This document shows positions 37,980-49,546 of a stretch of DNA of 64,000 nucleotides, one piece after another. Position numbers and translations under genes: made by a program. Under the pieces are notes generated by a model. It searched no databases. It was not told the DNA's origin and saw nothing but the letters and a program-made list of their open reading frames with translations. The stretch covers positions 7,241,593 through 7,305,592 of the forward strand of contig NC_057759.1 of the NCBI RefSeq assembly GCF_004010195.1. The letters run 5' to 3'. The DNA comes from Chiloscyllium plagiosum. Lineage: Eukaryota. Positions within the stretch are counted from its first letter, which is position 1. Every line of letters begins with the position of its first letter.

Positions 37980-40900
37980 CACACACACACTAACGCACTA
38001 ACACACACACACACACACACAACAGACCCTCTCTCATACACAAACTCTCTCTCATATGGTCATTCTAAACAATGAGAGACCTAACAAGCAATCCAGGTCT
38101 TTTTCAAGATATAATTTCAATTGCATGAAACTGTAAACGTTTGTCATAAATTCTGTGCCTTACGATCTTATACTCCACAACACCTGATGAAGGAACAGTG
38201 CTCCAAAGCTAAACTTTCCAAATAAACCTTTTGAACAATAACCTGGTGTTGGTGATTTTTAACATTGTACACCCCAGTCCAACACCAGCATCTCCAAATC
38301 ATGATTCCCATAGGATTAAGCACAACAGAGGTCAAAGTCCTGCTTGTCAAAAGCTGCCAACAAAAGCTGACATAAAACGAATATCTACGGATGCAGGAAA
38401 TCTGAAACATGAACAGAAATTGCTGAAGAAACGCAGCAAGTCTGGCAGTATCTGCAGAGAGAAAGCAGAGTTAATGTTTCGAGTCTGGTGACCCTTCTCC
38501 AGAACAAAGGCTGACAGTTTCCATGTACTTCATGGCCCCATGGAAGAAATGGTGGCTGCAAGGCCTTGAAGGATAATCTAGGCACAGCTGAGTGATGGCA
38601 GGAACAGGGCTGTGGAAAAGATTGTCATAAGGCAGATGGGTTAGAACATGGATGGGGGGAGGGGTTGGGGTGGGAGAATACTCTCAGTGGTCTCTCCCCA
38701 CCTCCGTTCCAATGCTAGGTTTCTTATTAAGGCCCTTATTGCTTTTGATAGAAGGCCCCTCCAAAGAAAAAGCAGAGAAACATGCCACAATTTGTTTGTT
38801 ATGCTGCTCACATAGTGAACCCCTTTCCCACCACTTGGTTAATACGAGTGGCTGTGGGATGAGGGGCCTTAGTTAGCAGTGGAGTGGAAAGGCCACCCCC
38901 AGGCTGGTCACAGACGACATTGGATGGAGGTTGGATGGTGACAGAGTCCCATGGACCAACCACCTGCCTCTTTAAATGTGTCCCTGTCACCAAAGTGATT
39001 ACTCAAGGGGATACAAGATTCTGTACACTGTAACTAAATCTGCTTCTAATCCATTGGCACTTTAATTTTGGATTATTCGACTGTAAAAGTATGTACTCAA
39101 GAATGTAAGAAATGTGACACCTCCTTAAGGAAGTCACAAATGCCTAATAAAATGGAGAAGGGATCAAAGGCAAAGTCTGAAATTTTCAAAATAATCATAA
39201 TTGCTCTGGTGCACCACAATGGATGAGATATCTTTTTCTGCTAAATGTAATAGAGTCAATGCCAATTTGCACTCCCAATGTTGCTGCCACTTCTCTCCCA
39301 ATTACTCTCAGTCTTGTCCTTTAGCACATCTGGAATACTAGACACTCATTTCTTGCAGGATGCTATATATAGACGATGTCACCTATAATGACCCTCTGAA
39401 ATATTATACACACATTAGTCTGTAATAGTTGAAGGTCGAAACAAATTGCCTGAAAAAGAATAGCTTGTTTTTCATCTGTAGTTACTTTAGTAACTCATAT
39501 GTGCATGCATAAAATAAGAATGAAAGAAATTATAATTTAAAAGAAATATTTTATTATAGGAGCAACTGGTAAATCACGTTTACATCTTGTAGTAGTGCTC
39601 TCCCTGCCCCCTTCAACATCAGTACAGTAATGGAAGTAACTTATTCATCTGATGATTATCACTTAGTTCTGTGAAAATCATGGATACATTGTTCACATGA
39701 TTATCACCATCCAAGCTTGCTTATTTACATAGCAATTGAAGTGTTTTAAGGTGAAAATCGTTGTTTGTGAGTACGATTCAAACAGCTGAGTTCCAATTGG
39801 GCGATTTACAGTATTTATTTATGACTATCTTATCTGAATGCATCTATAATAGTAGCCTAATTTCCTTTCCATAATAGTGGGCTTTTAATTACTTGAATTG
39901 ACAAGGTAAGGTGCTGTGTGTTGTTGTGACGCTGACAATTTGTTGACTGAATATCTACTGGTGTATCAAGACTAAAAGTATAATGTTTAAACCGAACGTA
40001 AAATATGTTACTCAGGTCCAAATTGTTTGCATTGTCCTGTCAGGGCACTAACAAAGCGAGAAGCTGTTTCACAACGGAGCCTAAAATGGACTATTTGAAG
40101 TGACGTTCATTTCAGTGTGCATTCAAGCAGAGCTTAACTACCAATAAAATAAAAAAAGAATACCGTTACACTGATTGTCATTTATGCTTTTTAACACTGC
40201 CTTCAAACATTGCAATCACTGCATGAATGTTGCAGCAAGACGTGTTTACTAACCTTTAGAAACAGTGAGAGAAGCCATGATTCGAAGTGCTAAAAGAAAA
40301 AGAAAGGAAGACAATGTGAATCAAACAAAGGAACAAATAGAAGTAATAACTCCAGTCATACATTTTGCATCTGTTTCTTGACATCTGTTTCTTCTCAGAA
40401 ATGCCATTTAAAAACAGCTAACTCTCACACAAGCAAATCAATCAATGATTAAATTTAAGACTCATCTTTGTGATATTTTGAGAGCAATTATACTTTTAAT
40501 TTGACTGCTCACAAGGAGGGTTGTTCAGGTTTTGTTTTACCTCCCTTTCTCTTAAAAGGTGCTGCCAGACCTACTGAGTTTCTCCAGCACGTTCTATGCT
40601 TACAGTCTGTCACAATAACTCTGTCTTTCACCTCTTTCCCTCTCTCCACAAATTCTACTGAGTTTCTCCCGCACTTTCTGTCTTTGTGATGTGTCACAGG
40701 AACTCTTTTTCTTTCTCTCCCTCTCTCCACATGTCACAGGGTCATAGAGTCATAGAGATGCACAGCACGGAAGCAGACCTTTCGGTCCACCTCGTCCATG
40801 CCGACCAGATATCCGAACTCAATCTAGTCCCACCTGCCAATGCCTGGTCCATATTCCTCCAAACCCTTCCTATTCATTTACCCATCCAGATGCATTCTAA

Positions 40901-41249
40901 GTTCCCTGTCGGACATGCAGACTTTCTCCAACACTTTCTGTGTTTATAACCTGCAGTGTTAACTCTAGTTTCTCTCTCCCTGTCTCCATAGATGCTGCCA
41001 GACTTCCTGAATTTCTCCAGCACTTTCTGTGTATATAAGGTATGACACAAACTGGATGTCTCTTTCTGTTGCTCGCACAGACGCTGTCAGGTCTGCTGAA
41101 TTTCTCTGTGCTTGTTTCAGGTTTCCAGCGCATCACAACATCCTGCCTTTATGCAAGGCTTTCCCTCTTTTATTACCGTGAGCACTATGTTGAGAAAAGG
41201 AGATATTGCATTACTTACAGAAGAAAATAATATATGTTTTCAAACCCAT
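37478..41249 (-). pseudogene. 5' cassette, unit B minus strand: intact S1 41249-41219 (MGLKTYIIFF), intact 36-nt S2 40289-40254, D1 37765-37478 with nonsense codon
   Basis: D1 has CGA>TGA at 37715-37713 and F-strand Cys>Ser (YTSVY); splice sites retained; followed by CR1 remnant rather than D2. Confidence 0.88.
38030..38300 (+). mobile_element. Probable Penelope-like 3' remnant
   Basis: cacctgatgaaggaacagtgctccaaagct...aataaacc terminal motif; family assignment from recall only. Confidence 0.45.
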
Positions 41250-44198
41250 CCTTCGCAGAATATCTCGGCTGGAATTTAAGGGATAGAAGAGAAAAAATGG
41301 ATTCCTATTTTTAATAAGAGCAGAAACTGCATAGGAGGTTTTGCATACACACATCTATCTGAATTGGCAAGGGAGAATGATAAGTACAGTTTTGATTGGA
41401 TAGCTCGTGATTTATAGGTGGCTGGAAGTGCAAGATTAAACTTAAAACAGCACGGGACAGACAAAAGCTGTGGTAAAATTTCAAATTCTTGGCTTTGCAC
41501 TGTTGGAGGTGTTGGGGCAGGTGCAGAGACAGCGCCGAGGTGATATCTTGAATTTTTATGCTCGATGAATATGTTTATATATGTATAAATATTACTGATG
41601 TTGGTGTGGATCTCCCAGATTAGAAAATGATCAATTACTGAATAGTGGAGTTACTTATCATTTGCTAATCTTAATGGCAAGAAGTGTTCCAAAGTAACAA
41701 ATATTTCGTTAAACAAGGACTCGGTGATTAGTAATGCATAATATGCTTCATGAACCTTATAAGATGGGAGCCGCAGAAGATCATGTATACATGGACTCTG
41801 TTCAATATATTTCTGGCTGCTCAACTAGTACATGAATATAGCAATAGGAGAAGTCTTTCAGCCCATTTAAGCAAATTAATTGGATTGTAGCTGATCGTCT
41901 GCTTCAAAGCATTTTCCCACAGTATTTGCATGCAATTGAATATTCCTTGGAGCTGTCCAATTCTATCTTGAACATACTGAACAATCGAGTTTCCAGAGCC
42001 CATGAGGGTAGTGATTTCGAAAGATGACAACGCAGTTTTGAGAAATAGAATCCTCCTGATCTCAGTCCTACATGACCCACACGTTATTCAGTGATCCAAC
42101 ACCAAAGGTGTTGGGACAGGATCGCGGAAAGTGTGAAAGTGGGAAGGGAAGTAAAACAAAAAGAAGCGGAGTTTGGAACATGACTGGAAAGTTCTAACAG
42201 GAGGCCACGATTGGGAAAGACAAACAGAAATAAAAGGGATGTGATAGCATTGAGAAAGAGTGCACAAGAAAATTTATCAGTGTGTTGCCTTGGGGGTTGG
42301 AGAGTTTCAGTGATGGAGAGAAATGGGACAGACTTGGGTTGTTTACATCAGAGCAGATGAGATTTAGTATTTGGTGGGTGGGAAGACATGACTGAGATGC
42401 CTAACATGATGCGGAAGCATGGATAAGGTAGTTATAAAGAAACTTCGCCGCCCCAACCCCCGATGTAGGGACTAATGACGGAGCAGGGGTGTGGGAAGTA
42501 GAATAGATTGAAAGTAAGGGGCAGGAGATTTCAATGGGGATGTGACAAAGACACTTTTCTCTCAGAGAGTGGTTATGAATGTGCAACTCTCCGTAAGATT
42601 AGGAAAGGCAGAAACCCTGATCATATGGAGCAAATATTTCGATGTGCACTTCTGATACCAAGGCTATCAGCCAAATGCTTGGAAAACGAGAATTGAAAGT
42701 AATGAGGTCGTTGTTTTTGACTGGCACGCACGTAACGGGCTAATTGGCCATTATCAAAATCTTCTGTAGATCTCCAGAACTCGATGGTTTCTGTTTTTTA
42801 GTGTCACTTTACGATCTGATCGATAACCAACTTATTATGATTCCAGCAGAACTTTAGGACTTTGACCACGATCCCCATTTATGATTCTGGGAATGAAGTC
42901 TTTGTCATGTGAGGAAAGATGGTGGCCTTTGGATCTGTACTGAATGGGTCTTAGAAGGAGGTGGTGTATTGAGATCTGATGGTGATTCAAAAAATACTGA
43001 GAGCGTGGATGCGGAGATGTTTCCACAAGTAGGAGAGACTACGACACGAGGACACACTTCGGGGTGAAGTGACAACTCTCTAAAACAGAGACAAGGAGGA
43101 ATTTGTTCAACCAGAGAATGAAGTCTCTGTGGAACTCATTGCCCTGGAGAGCTGTGGAGGACAATTCACGGAGTGTCTTTAAGACAGAGAGAGGTTAGTA
43201 AGGGAATCAAGTGTTATGGCGAAATGACACAAGAATGCAGTTGAGGAACACATCAGCCATGATTAGGTTTTGCTCTTATATCTTATGATCTTAAATAACC
43301 ACTTTTACAATCCTTTGCTGCTGCCAAACAGGATACAGCCAATAAAAGCTGTCACTGGTATTCTGTAGGACATCAGTCAAAATGCACACAACAAGATTCC
43401 ACAAACAAATGTTATAATGATTAGTACGCATTTCTTATAACAATGATTTAGCTGCAAGGATTGATTTCAGTGAGACGTTCCTGCTCTCTCTGTATTCTTT
43501 TTAATTTAAAGTGCAATTGGATATTTATTTTGCTTCTGTGGAAAGAGTTTCCCTGTGCTGCCATGAACAGATTAAAATATCAGTAAAATGTTTCTGTTGC
43601 TTTCATCGAAAGCAAAAATTGCACTTAGCTATATTTCTGTATCTAAAAACATTAAACACTACATAACCTGTTAACCACCGGACAAACTATTAACAAGTTG
43701 GGTGGATAGCCTTCACCTCTGGATTCTTGTCCTACTTCTAAAAGCTGTACAGAGTGTAAAAAGTATTTGTGACACAAACTTAGCACATACCTGCTCGAGT
43801 GTCTTGTTGAAGTCTTGCTCTCAGTGCCGTTCTGTTCACAGCTTATGCTGCATATCTGCTCGATAAAAACCCAAAGTACATTGAGCAGGAAATAATGGTT
43901 CACATTGTGCTTTCGAAAATAGTCACCTACGTGATGGGCCAAATGAACTCCATCCGCAGTTTCAGATCTAAGTAACGATTATCAGGTAACATACTATTTC
44001 CATTGGGTATCAGTAATTGTAGCTGTGAATATGTGAGCGTAGATCCGTGTGTCCATCAAATAAAGTCCGTGAGTGCATGAGAGAGAGAATGTACATATGT
44101 GAGTGAATGAGAGTGAAGGTGTTTGCGTGTAAGAGAATATTAATCTGTGCATATATATGTCTGAGAGAAACTGAAGTTTGTATTTTCAGACTGATGGG

Positions 44199-44199
<1 letters not shown>

Positions 44200-44272
<73 letters not shown>
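44200..44272. repeat. (TG)n microsatellite, expanded in unit B only
   Basis: Paralogous sites at ~28690 and ~55683 have only 3-5 units. Confidence 0.95.
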
Positions 44273-44273
<1 letters not shown>

Positions 44274-46155
44274 GAACCTATGTGCACGTAAGAATAAGTG
44301 AGTTTGTGTTTTCAGGCTGACAGAATGTGTGCCTGTGAAGGAAAATGTGTGCATGCATAGGAATGTAAGAATGAGTAAGTGTATGTCTGTTACAGAGAAA
44401 GTGTGTGCGTAAGAGAGAGCAAGAGAATGTGTGCGTGTGTGTGAATGTGTTTCTGTGTGTGACTGAGTGCATATATGTTTGCTGATAAGAGATGTAGAGT
44501 AAACGTTACAGATTACCAGCAAAGTAGTGCTGGAGTAACTCAGCAGGTCTGGCAACATCTGTGGAGCCATCGAGAGACAAAAAGAGTTACAAACACAGAA
44601 AGTGGTGAAGAAACTGAATAGACCGGGCACCATCAATGGTGGCAGAAAGAAGAAGAGTGAATGAATTAAGAAGAAGGGCCACCGAATTGGAGAGTTTAAC
44701 TTGGCTTTGGCTCCAAAGATGCTACCAAAACGTAAATCTTAAATCACTTTCTTTTAGAATCACATGCATATATCAACAAAGTTCAAAAGAAGCCAAAACC
44801 GCCATGCAATCACCATCAAAAAGATACTTTATTGTCCACAATTTGGAGGGTGATAATCGCTCACACATCAGTGTTTTTGAATGTTAGCCCTCCAGCAGAA
44901 AAATGATGGAAGTAATGATTTTGTTAAGACTTGGAGTCTGGGTAAAGCATAATTTGCTTCCTTCAGATTTTAAGTAGATACAAGAGTGCGTTCAGCGGGG
45001 CTGGGAAAGAGGACATCTCTTTGAGGCGTTACTGACTGTCATAGTGATAAGGATTTTGAATGATTTACGGAAATATAAACAAGTTGTATAGACATTGCAG
45101 AGTCTTGCTGGTAGCTTTTGAACATTATTATTGAAGAAATGATACATTGCAAAACATTCTTTCATGACTGCAGCAACATTTGAATGAATGACGACATTCT
45201 ATTGGGATTTTTTAATTGTTGTTGGACTTTCCCACAAACTGTTAATGAATGAACCATTCAGAATTCTAGAACGTTTAAGAAAAATCATACTGATATTGAA
45301 GGTTAAATCTCTCTCTCTCTCCACAGCTGCTGCTAACCTGCTGAGTATCTCCAGTATTTCCTATATTTACAGGCTTTATGGTTAACTCTGTTCCTCCTAT
45401 CAACATGCACACATTTTCTCTTTTTCTCTTGTGCACAGATGCAATTTCTCCAATGCACAAAAACTCATTCATAAACGAACAGATGCAGATATTCTCTCTT
45501 ATAGACACACAGAGAGAAATTGTCAATCTCACAACACACACTATATTCCCTGACACATTCATTCACACACATGCACTCAGTCACACCGACTCTTTCTAAT
45601 ACACGCACAGACAAACGGACACGCATGCGTGCACACACACACACACACTCACACACCTCACACATAAAGCCAAAATGACTGCTTCATTTCTTGATGCCTA
45701 ATCGGATCTTTATGAAGTCGGAATTTTGCCCGATAACCACTGTTGCATTCTGGAACTGTGCCTGAAGCTCTGTTTGAGATGTAACATCGGTGACTATTTT
45801 TGACAGCTCACTGTGAGCTGTTGCTTCCTGCTCACCGAGTTTTGGTTTTATTTATTGTTCATTTGTGTAGAGATGCTACTAGTGTAATGCACAAAACGTG
45901 CTAACCAGCAGGATTCAAAGTACAACACATTCAAGCAAGTAAATGCTGATGCTGTGTCCAAATTCGTTTTGCAATCTGTACAGCTCTTAGATAAAAGAAT
46001 CACTTTCCAGAGGTGAAGCCAGTCTAACTTGATGATATTTTATCAGTAGGATAACATTCATATTACCATTTACTGTTTTTACACACAGAAGTACAGCGAA
46101 GAGCAAGTTTCGTTTTGGATAACTGAATCAGAATTATTGTACTGACCCATTAATC

Positions 46156-46655
46156 NNNNNNNNNNNNNNNNNNNNNNNNNNNNNNNNNNNNNNNNNNNNN
46201 NNNNNNNNNNNNNNNNNNNNNNNNNNNNNNNNNNNNNNNNNNNNNNNNNNNNNNNNNNNNNNNNNNNNNNNNNNNNNNNNNNNNNNNNNNNNNNNNNNNN
46301 NNNNNNNNNNNNNNNNNNNNNNNNNNNNNNNNNNNNNNNNNNNNNNNNNNNNNNNNNNNNNNNNNNNNNNNNNNNNNNNNNNNNNNNNNNNNNNNNNNNN
46401 NNNNNNNNNNNNNNNNNNNNNNNNNNNNNNNNNNNNNNNNNNNNNNNNNNNNNNNNNNNNNNNNNNNNNNNNNNNNNNNNNNNNNNNNNNNNNNNNNNNN
46501 NNNNNNNNNNNNNNNNNNNNNNNNNNNNNNNNNNNNNNNNNNNNNNNNNNNNNNNNNNNNNNNNNNNNNNNNNNNNNNNNNNNNNNNNNNNNNNNNNNNN
46601 NNNNNNNNNNNNNNNNNNNNNNNNNNNNNNNNNNNNNNNNNNNNNNNNNNNNNNN
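46156..46655. other. Assembly gap (500 N)
   Basis: Run of N. Confidence 1.
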
Positions 46656-46818
46656 CTTGTTTTGTGTTTCTGAGCATTAAAGGTTGTCAAATAACTTTTT
46701 ATAGAAAAGAAGTTATAACAGTTGCAATGAGAGTTGCTGGAATTATGACATTTATTTGTTCCCTAGTGTGATTGATGTGGATAAAACTACCATTGTACAT
46801 TTTTTCTATTTATTTCCA

Positions 46819-49300
46819 CATCATGTACCATGGCTTTTCTCGCTATTTCTAAAGGTTAGCAAAGTTCTTTTGCTGTGAAAGTCATGGCAGTGAATGCAAA
46901 GTCGAAATCAATATAATGAAGCGTAAATGACAACCAGAATATTAATATTAATAACTTCATTGGAATACAAACAGTCCTTACGTAGACACTGAGATGAACG
47001 TCACTGCAAGGCAATACCATTCAGAGTCCGTTATAAAGCAGGCAATTAGCCACATTGACTTGTTCCTGCAGTAATGGGATAATGCAAAGAATTTGAAGCA
47101 TTGGAACACCCTTTAACTGTCCACTGTGGCGATAGGTTATAACATTATGCTTTTAGTCTTGTGTGATGCACCAGGACATATTCAATCAAAGATTTATCAG
47201 GGTCAAAACTACACTCATCACCTTTCCTTGTCAATTCAAGAAGCTGCAGATCCACTCTTACAGACAGGAGATTAAGTGAATATTAGACAGCATTCAGACA
47301 AGATACTCAGACAAGGGGCGGCACAGTGGCTGAGTGGTTAGCACTGCTGTCTCACAGCGCCAGGGATTAGATTACTTACAGTGTGGAAACAGGCCCTTCG
47401 GCCTGTGAATATTAGACAGCATTCAGACAAGATACTCAGACAAGGGGCGGCACAGTGGCTGAGTGGTTAGCACTGCTGTCTCACAGCGCCAGGGACTTGT
47501 ATTAATTCCAACCTCTGGCGACTGTTTGCTTGGGGTTTAGACATTCTCCCTGTGCCTGAGTGGTTTCCTCCCACAATCCAAAGATGTGCAGTTTAGGTGA
47601 ATTATCCATGATAATTTGCCCACAGCATTCAGGGATGTGAGGCTTGGAAGCATTAGCCAGGGGTAAATGTAGGGGAATGGGACTGGGTCTGTTACTCTTT
47701 GGAAGGTTGGTGTAGATCTTTTGGGCCAAATTGTCTGTTTGCACACTTTAGGGAATTCTATGATAATCTGAAATTGAAACAGCATTAGGCCATTTGGCTT
47801 CTCAAACATGCCCTGCATTCCATAGAATCTCAGTAGATCAATATTCCTCATGTGTGTTTCCTTGCTCTTTTCCCCTTGACCCTTGATTCAGCTCTCTATG
47901 GCAAGTAGTTCCAAAGATGCACAGTCGTCTGAGACAAAAAAAAATCCCACGTCAACTTAATTGCCACCCCCTTCATTCTGAGACTAAGCCTCCTGTTTCT
48001 AGACTCTCCCATGAGGTTTAAATATCATTTCCGAATTGACCCTGTCAAAGTCCTGCATGTTTCCATTGGATCACATTTGATTCTTTTAAACTGCAACGAG
48101 TCTGAATTGTTTAACTTGTAAGACAAAGGTACAAATGGAAATGTGCGATTATAAACTGGGAAAAATAGCTTAGAAATAAAAAAAAACAAATCAAGAGCGC
48201 TCAATTTTTATACCAACGCTATGAACCCAGAGATTGAGATAATGTTCTGATGACTTGGGTATGAATACCACCCTGGCAGATAGTGGAATTTGAATGCAAA
48301 AAATGTTATCCGTTAGTAAAACTTTAATGACAATGGCAAACTGTATTGATTATTCACTGTAGGAAAGGAAGTCTGCTCTCCTTATCTGGGCCTATAGATG
48401 ACTCCAGACCCACTCTTAATCTGGCTGACTCTTCACTTCTCCTCTGGAACTGGATACTGAAAGCTCTGAATAGGGTCGCTGTAGAGCAGATGTTTCCACT
48501 AATAGGATAGACTACGATCTAGGCACGCGGTTTCATAGTGAAGGGATAACTGAGATGAGAAGGAATTTCTTCAGCCATGTAATGGTGAACCTGTGAACCT
48601 GTGTAGATTGGTAAGGAAATCAATGTTTACATGGAGAAGGCAGAAAATGGGTTTGATGAACATACCAGCCATGGTCAAATGGTAGGGCGATGGCCCAAAT
48701 AGTCGATTTCTGCTATTACATCTTATGATCTCATGGGAAATTAATGGTGGACAAGTGATGTCTATTATCTATGAAAGAATAATACACACAATCCAATTAT
48801 GGCTTTGTGGTTCTCAAAACACTCAGAGACCTATGCATCAAATCCTTTGATTTCCAGTCATAAGAATGAACGAAAAATAGCAAATTAAGGTAAAATAAAA
48901 CATTTATATATCTCCATCCAACTCCGCCACAACCCCCGCTCGCTAACTCTCCCCCTCCCCCCAAGCACCTAATCGTTTCTGGAATGTAACACGACAGACC
49001 TAACTCCTACTCACAGAGCTAAGACACTTTTCTGGCGATTTTCTGAGATATTAACTTCAGGGTTCTCCTGGCTTAGAAATGGGGACTGCATCACTGGAAC
49101 CTTTGAAGACTTTTGATCTGTACGGTCTCTCCAAAAACGTGTTGATCCCAAATAGACAACGTGCATGCGCTTGTGAAAAAGAGCGTCTGCGTGAGAGAGA
49201 GTGATAGAGAGACAGGGAGAGAGGGTGGAAGGAGAGAGAGAGAGAGACAATGCGTACTAACATGAAGGTCAAAGTAAGTCGAAAATCATGTTAGAATCTA
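46819..49300 (+). pseudogene. Inverted 5' cassette, unit B plus strand: degenerate S2 ~46819-46854 and first ~30 nt of D1 from 49268; S1 expected inside the N gap
   Basis: catgaag|gtcaaagtaagtcgaaaatcatg matches D1 starts at 35417 and 62725; truncated by Penelope fragment. Confidence 0.65.
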
Positions 49301-49301
49301 T

Positions 49302-49546
49302 CAGGGAAATCCTAGAGACATGGCACTCATCCACAGATTCAATCAATAAGCACATCCAATATACTGGCCACTGCAGCGGTCAGCTGGAACTGACAACCGG
49401 AAACGGCAGATACAAATCACTATAAATGTCGGAGGCAACATCACAGAAGCGCTTCACAGGAGGCTTCCAAGCACTGAGGATGACACCTAGACAGTGGACG
49501 AAACGTCTGCGACATAAACTCCCAGCTCAGTGAACAGAACCACAAC
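49302..49546 (+). mobile_element. Penelope-like element 3' fragment (GIY-YIG C-terminus plus terminal hairpin motif)
   Basis: Translates REILETWHSSTDSINKHI; ctgaggatgacacctagacagtggacgaaacg resembles the hammerhead-like CTGA.GA...GAAA core of Penelope termini. Confidence 0.7.

Larger units (their letters stand above)
36950..49300. repeat. Segmental duplication unit B
   Basis: 36950-37795 matches 21460-22320; 39830-46155 matches 24055-30192; 46656-49300 matches 32698-35460. Confidence 0.9.

Noticed and set aside
44010..44636. 208-aa His/Thr-rich ORF and similar ORFs at 28.5-29.7 kb and 55.5-57.2 kb
   Set aside because: Translations of TG/CA low-complexity tracts.
46079..46690. Long ORFs of X residues
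   Set aside because: Artefact of the N gap.
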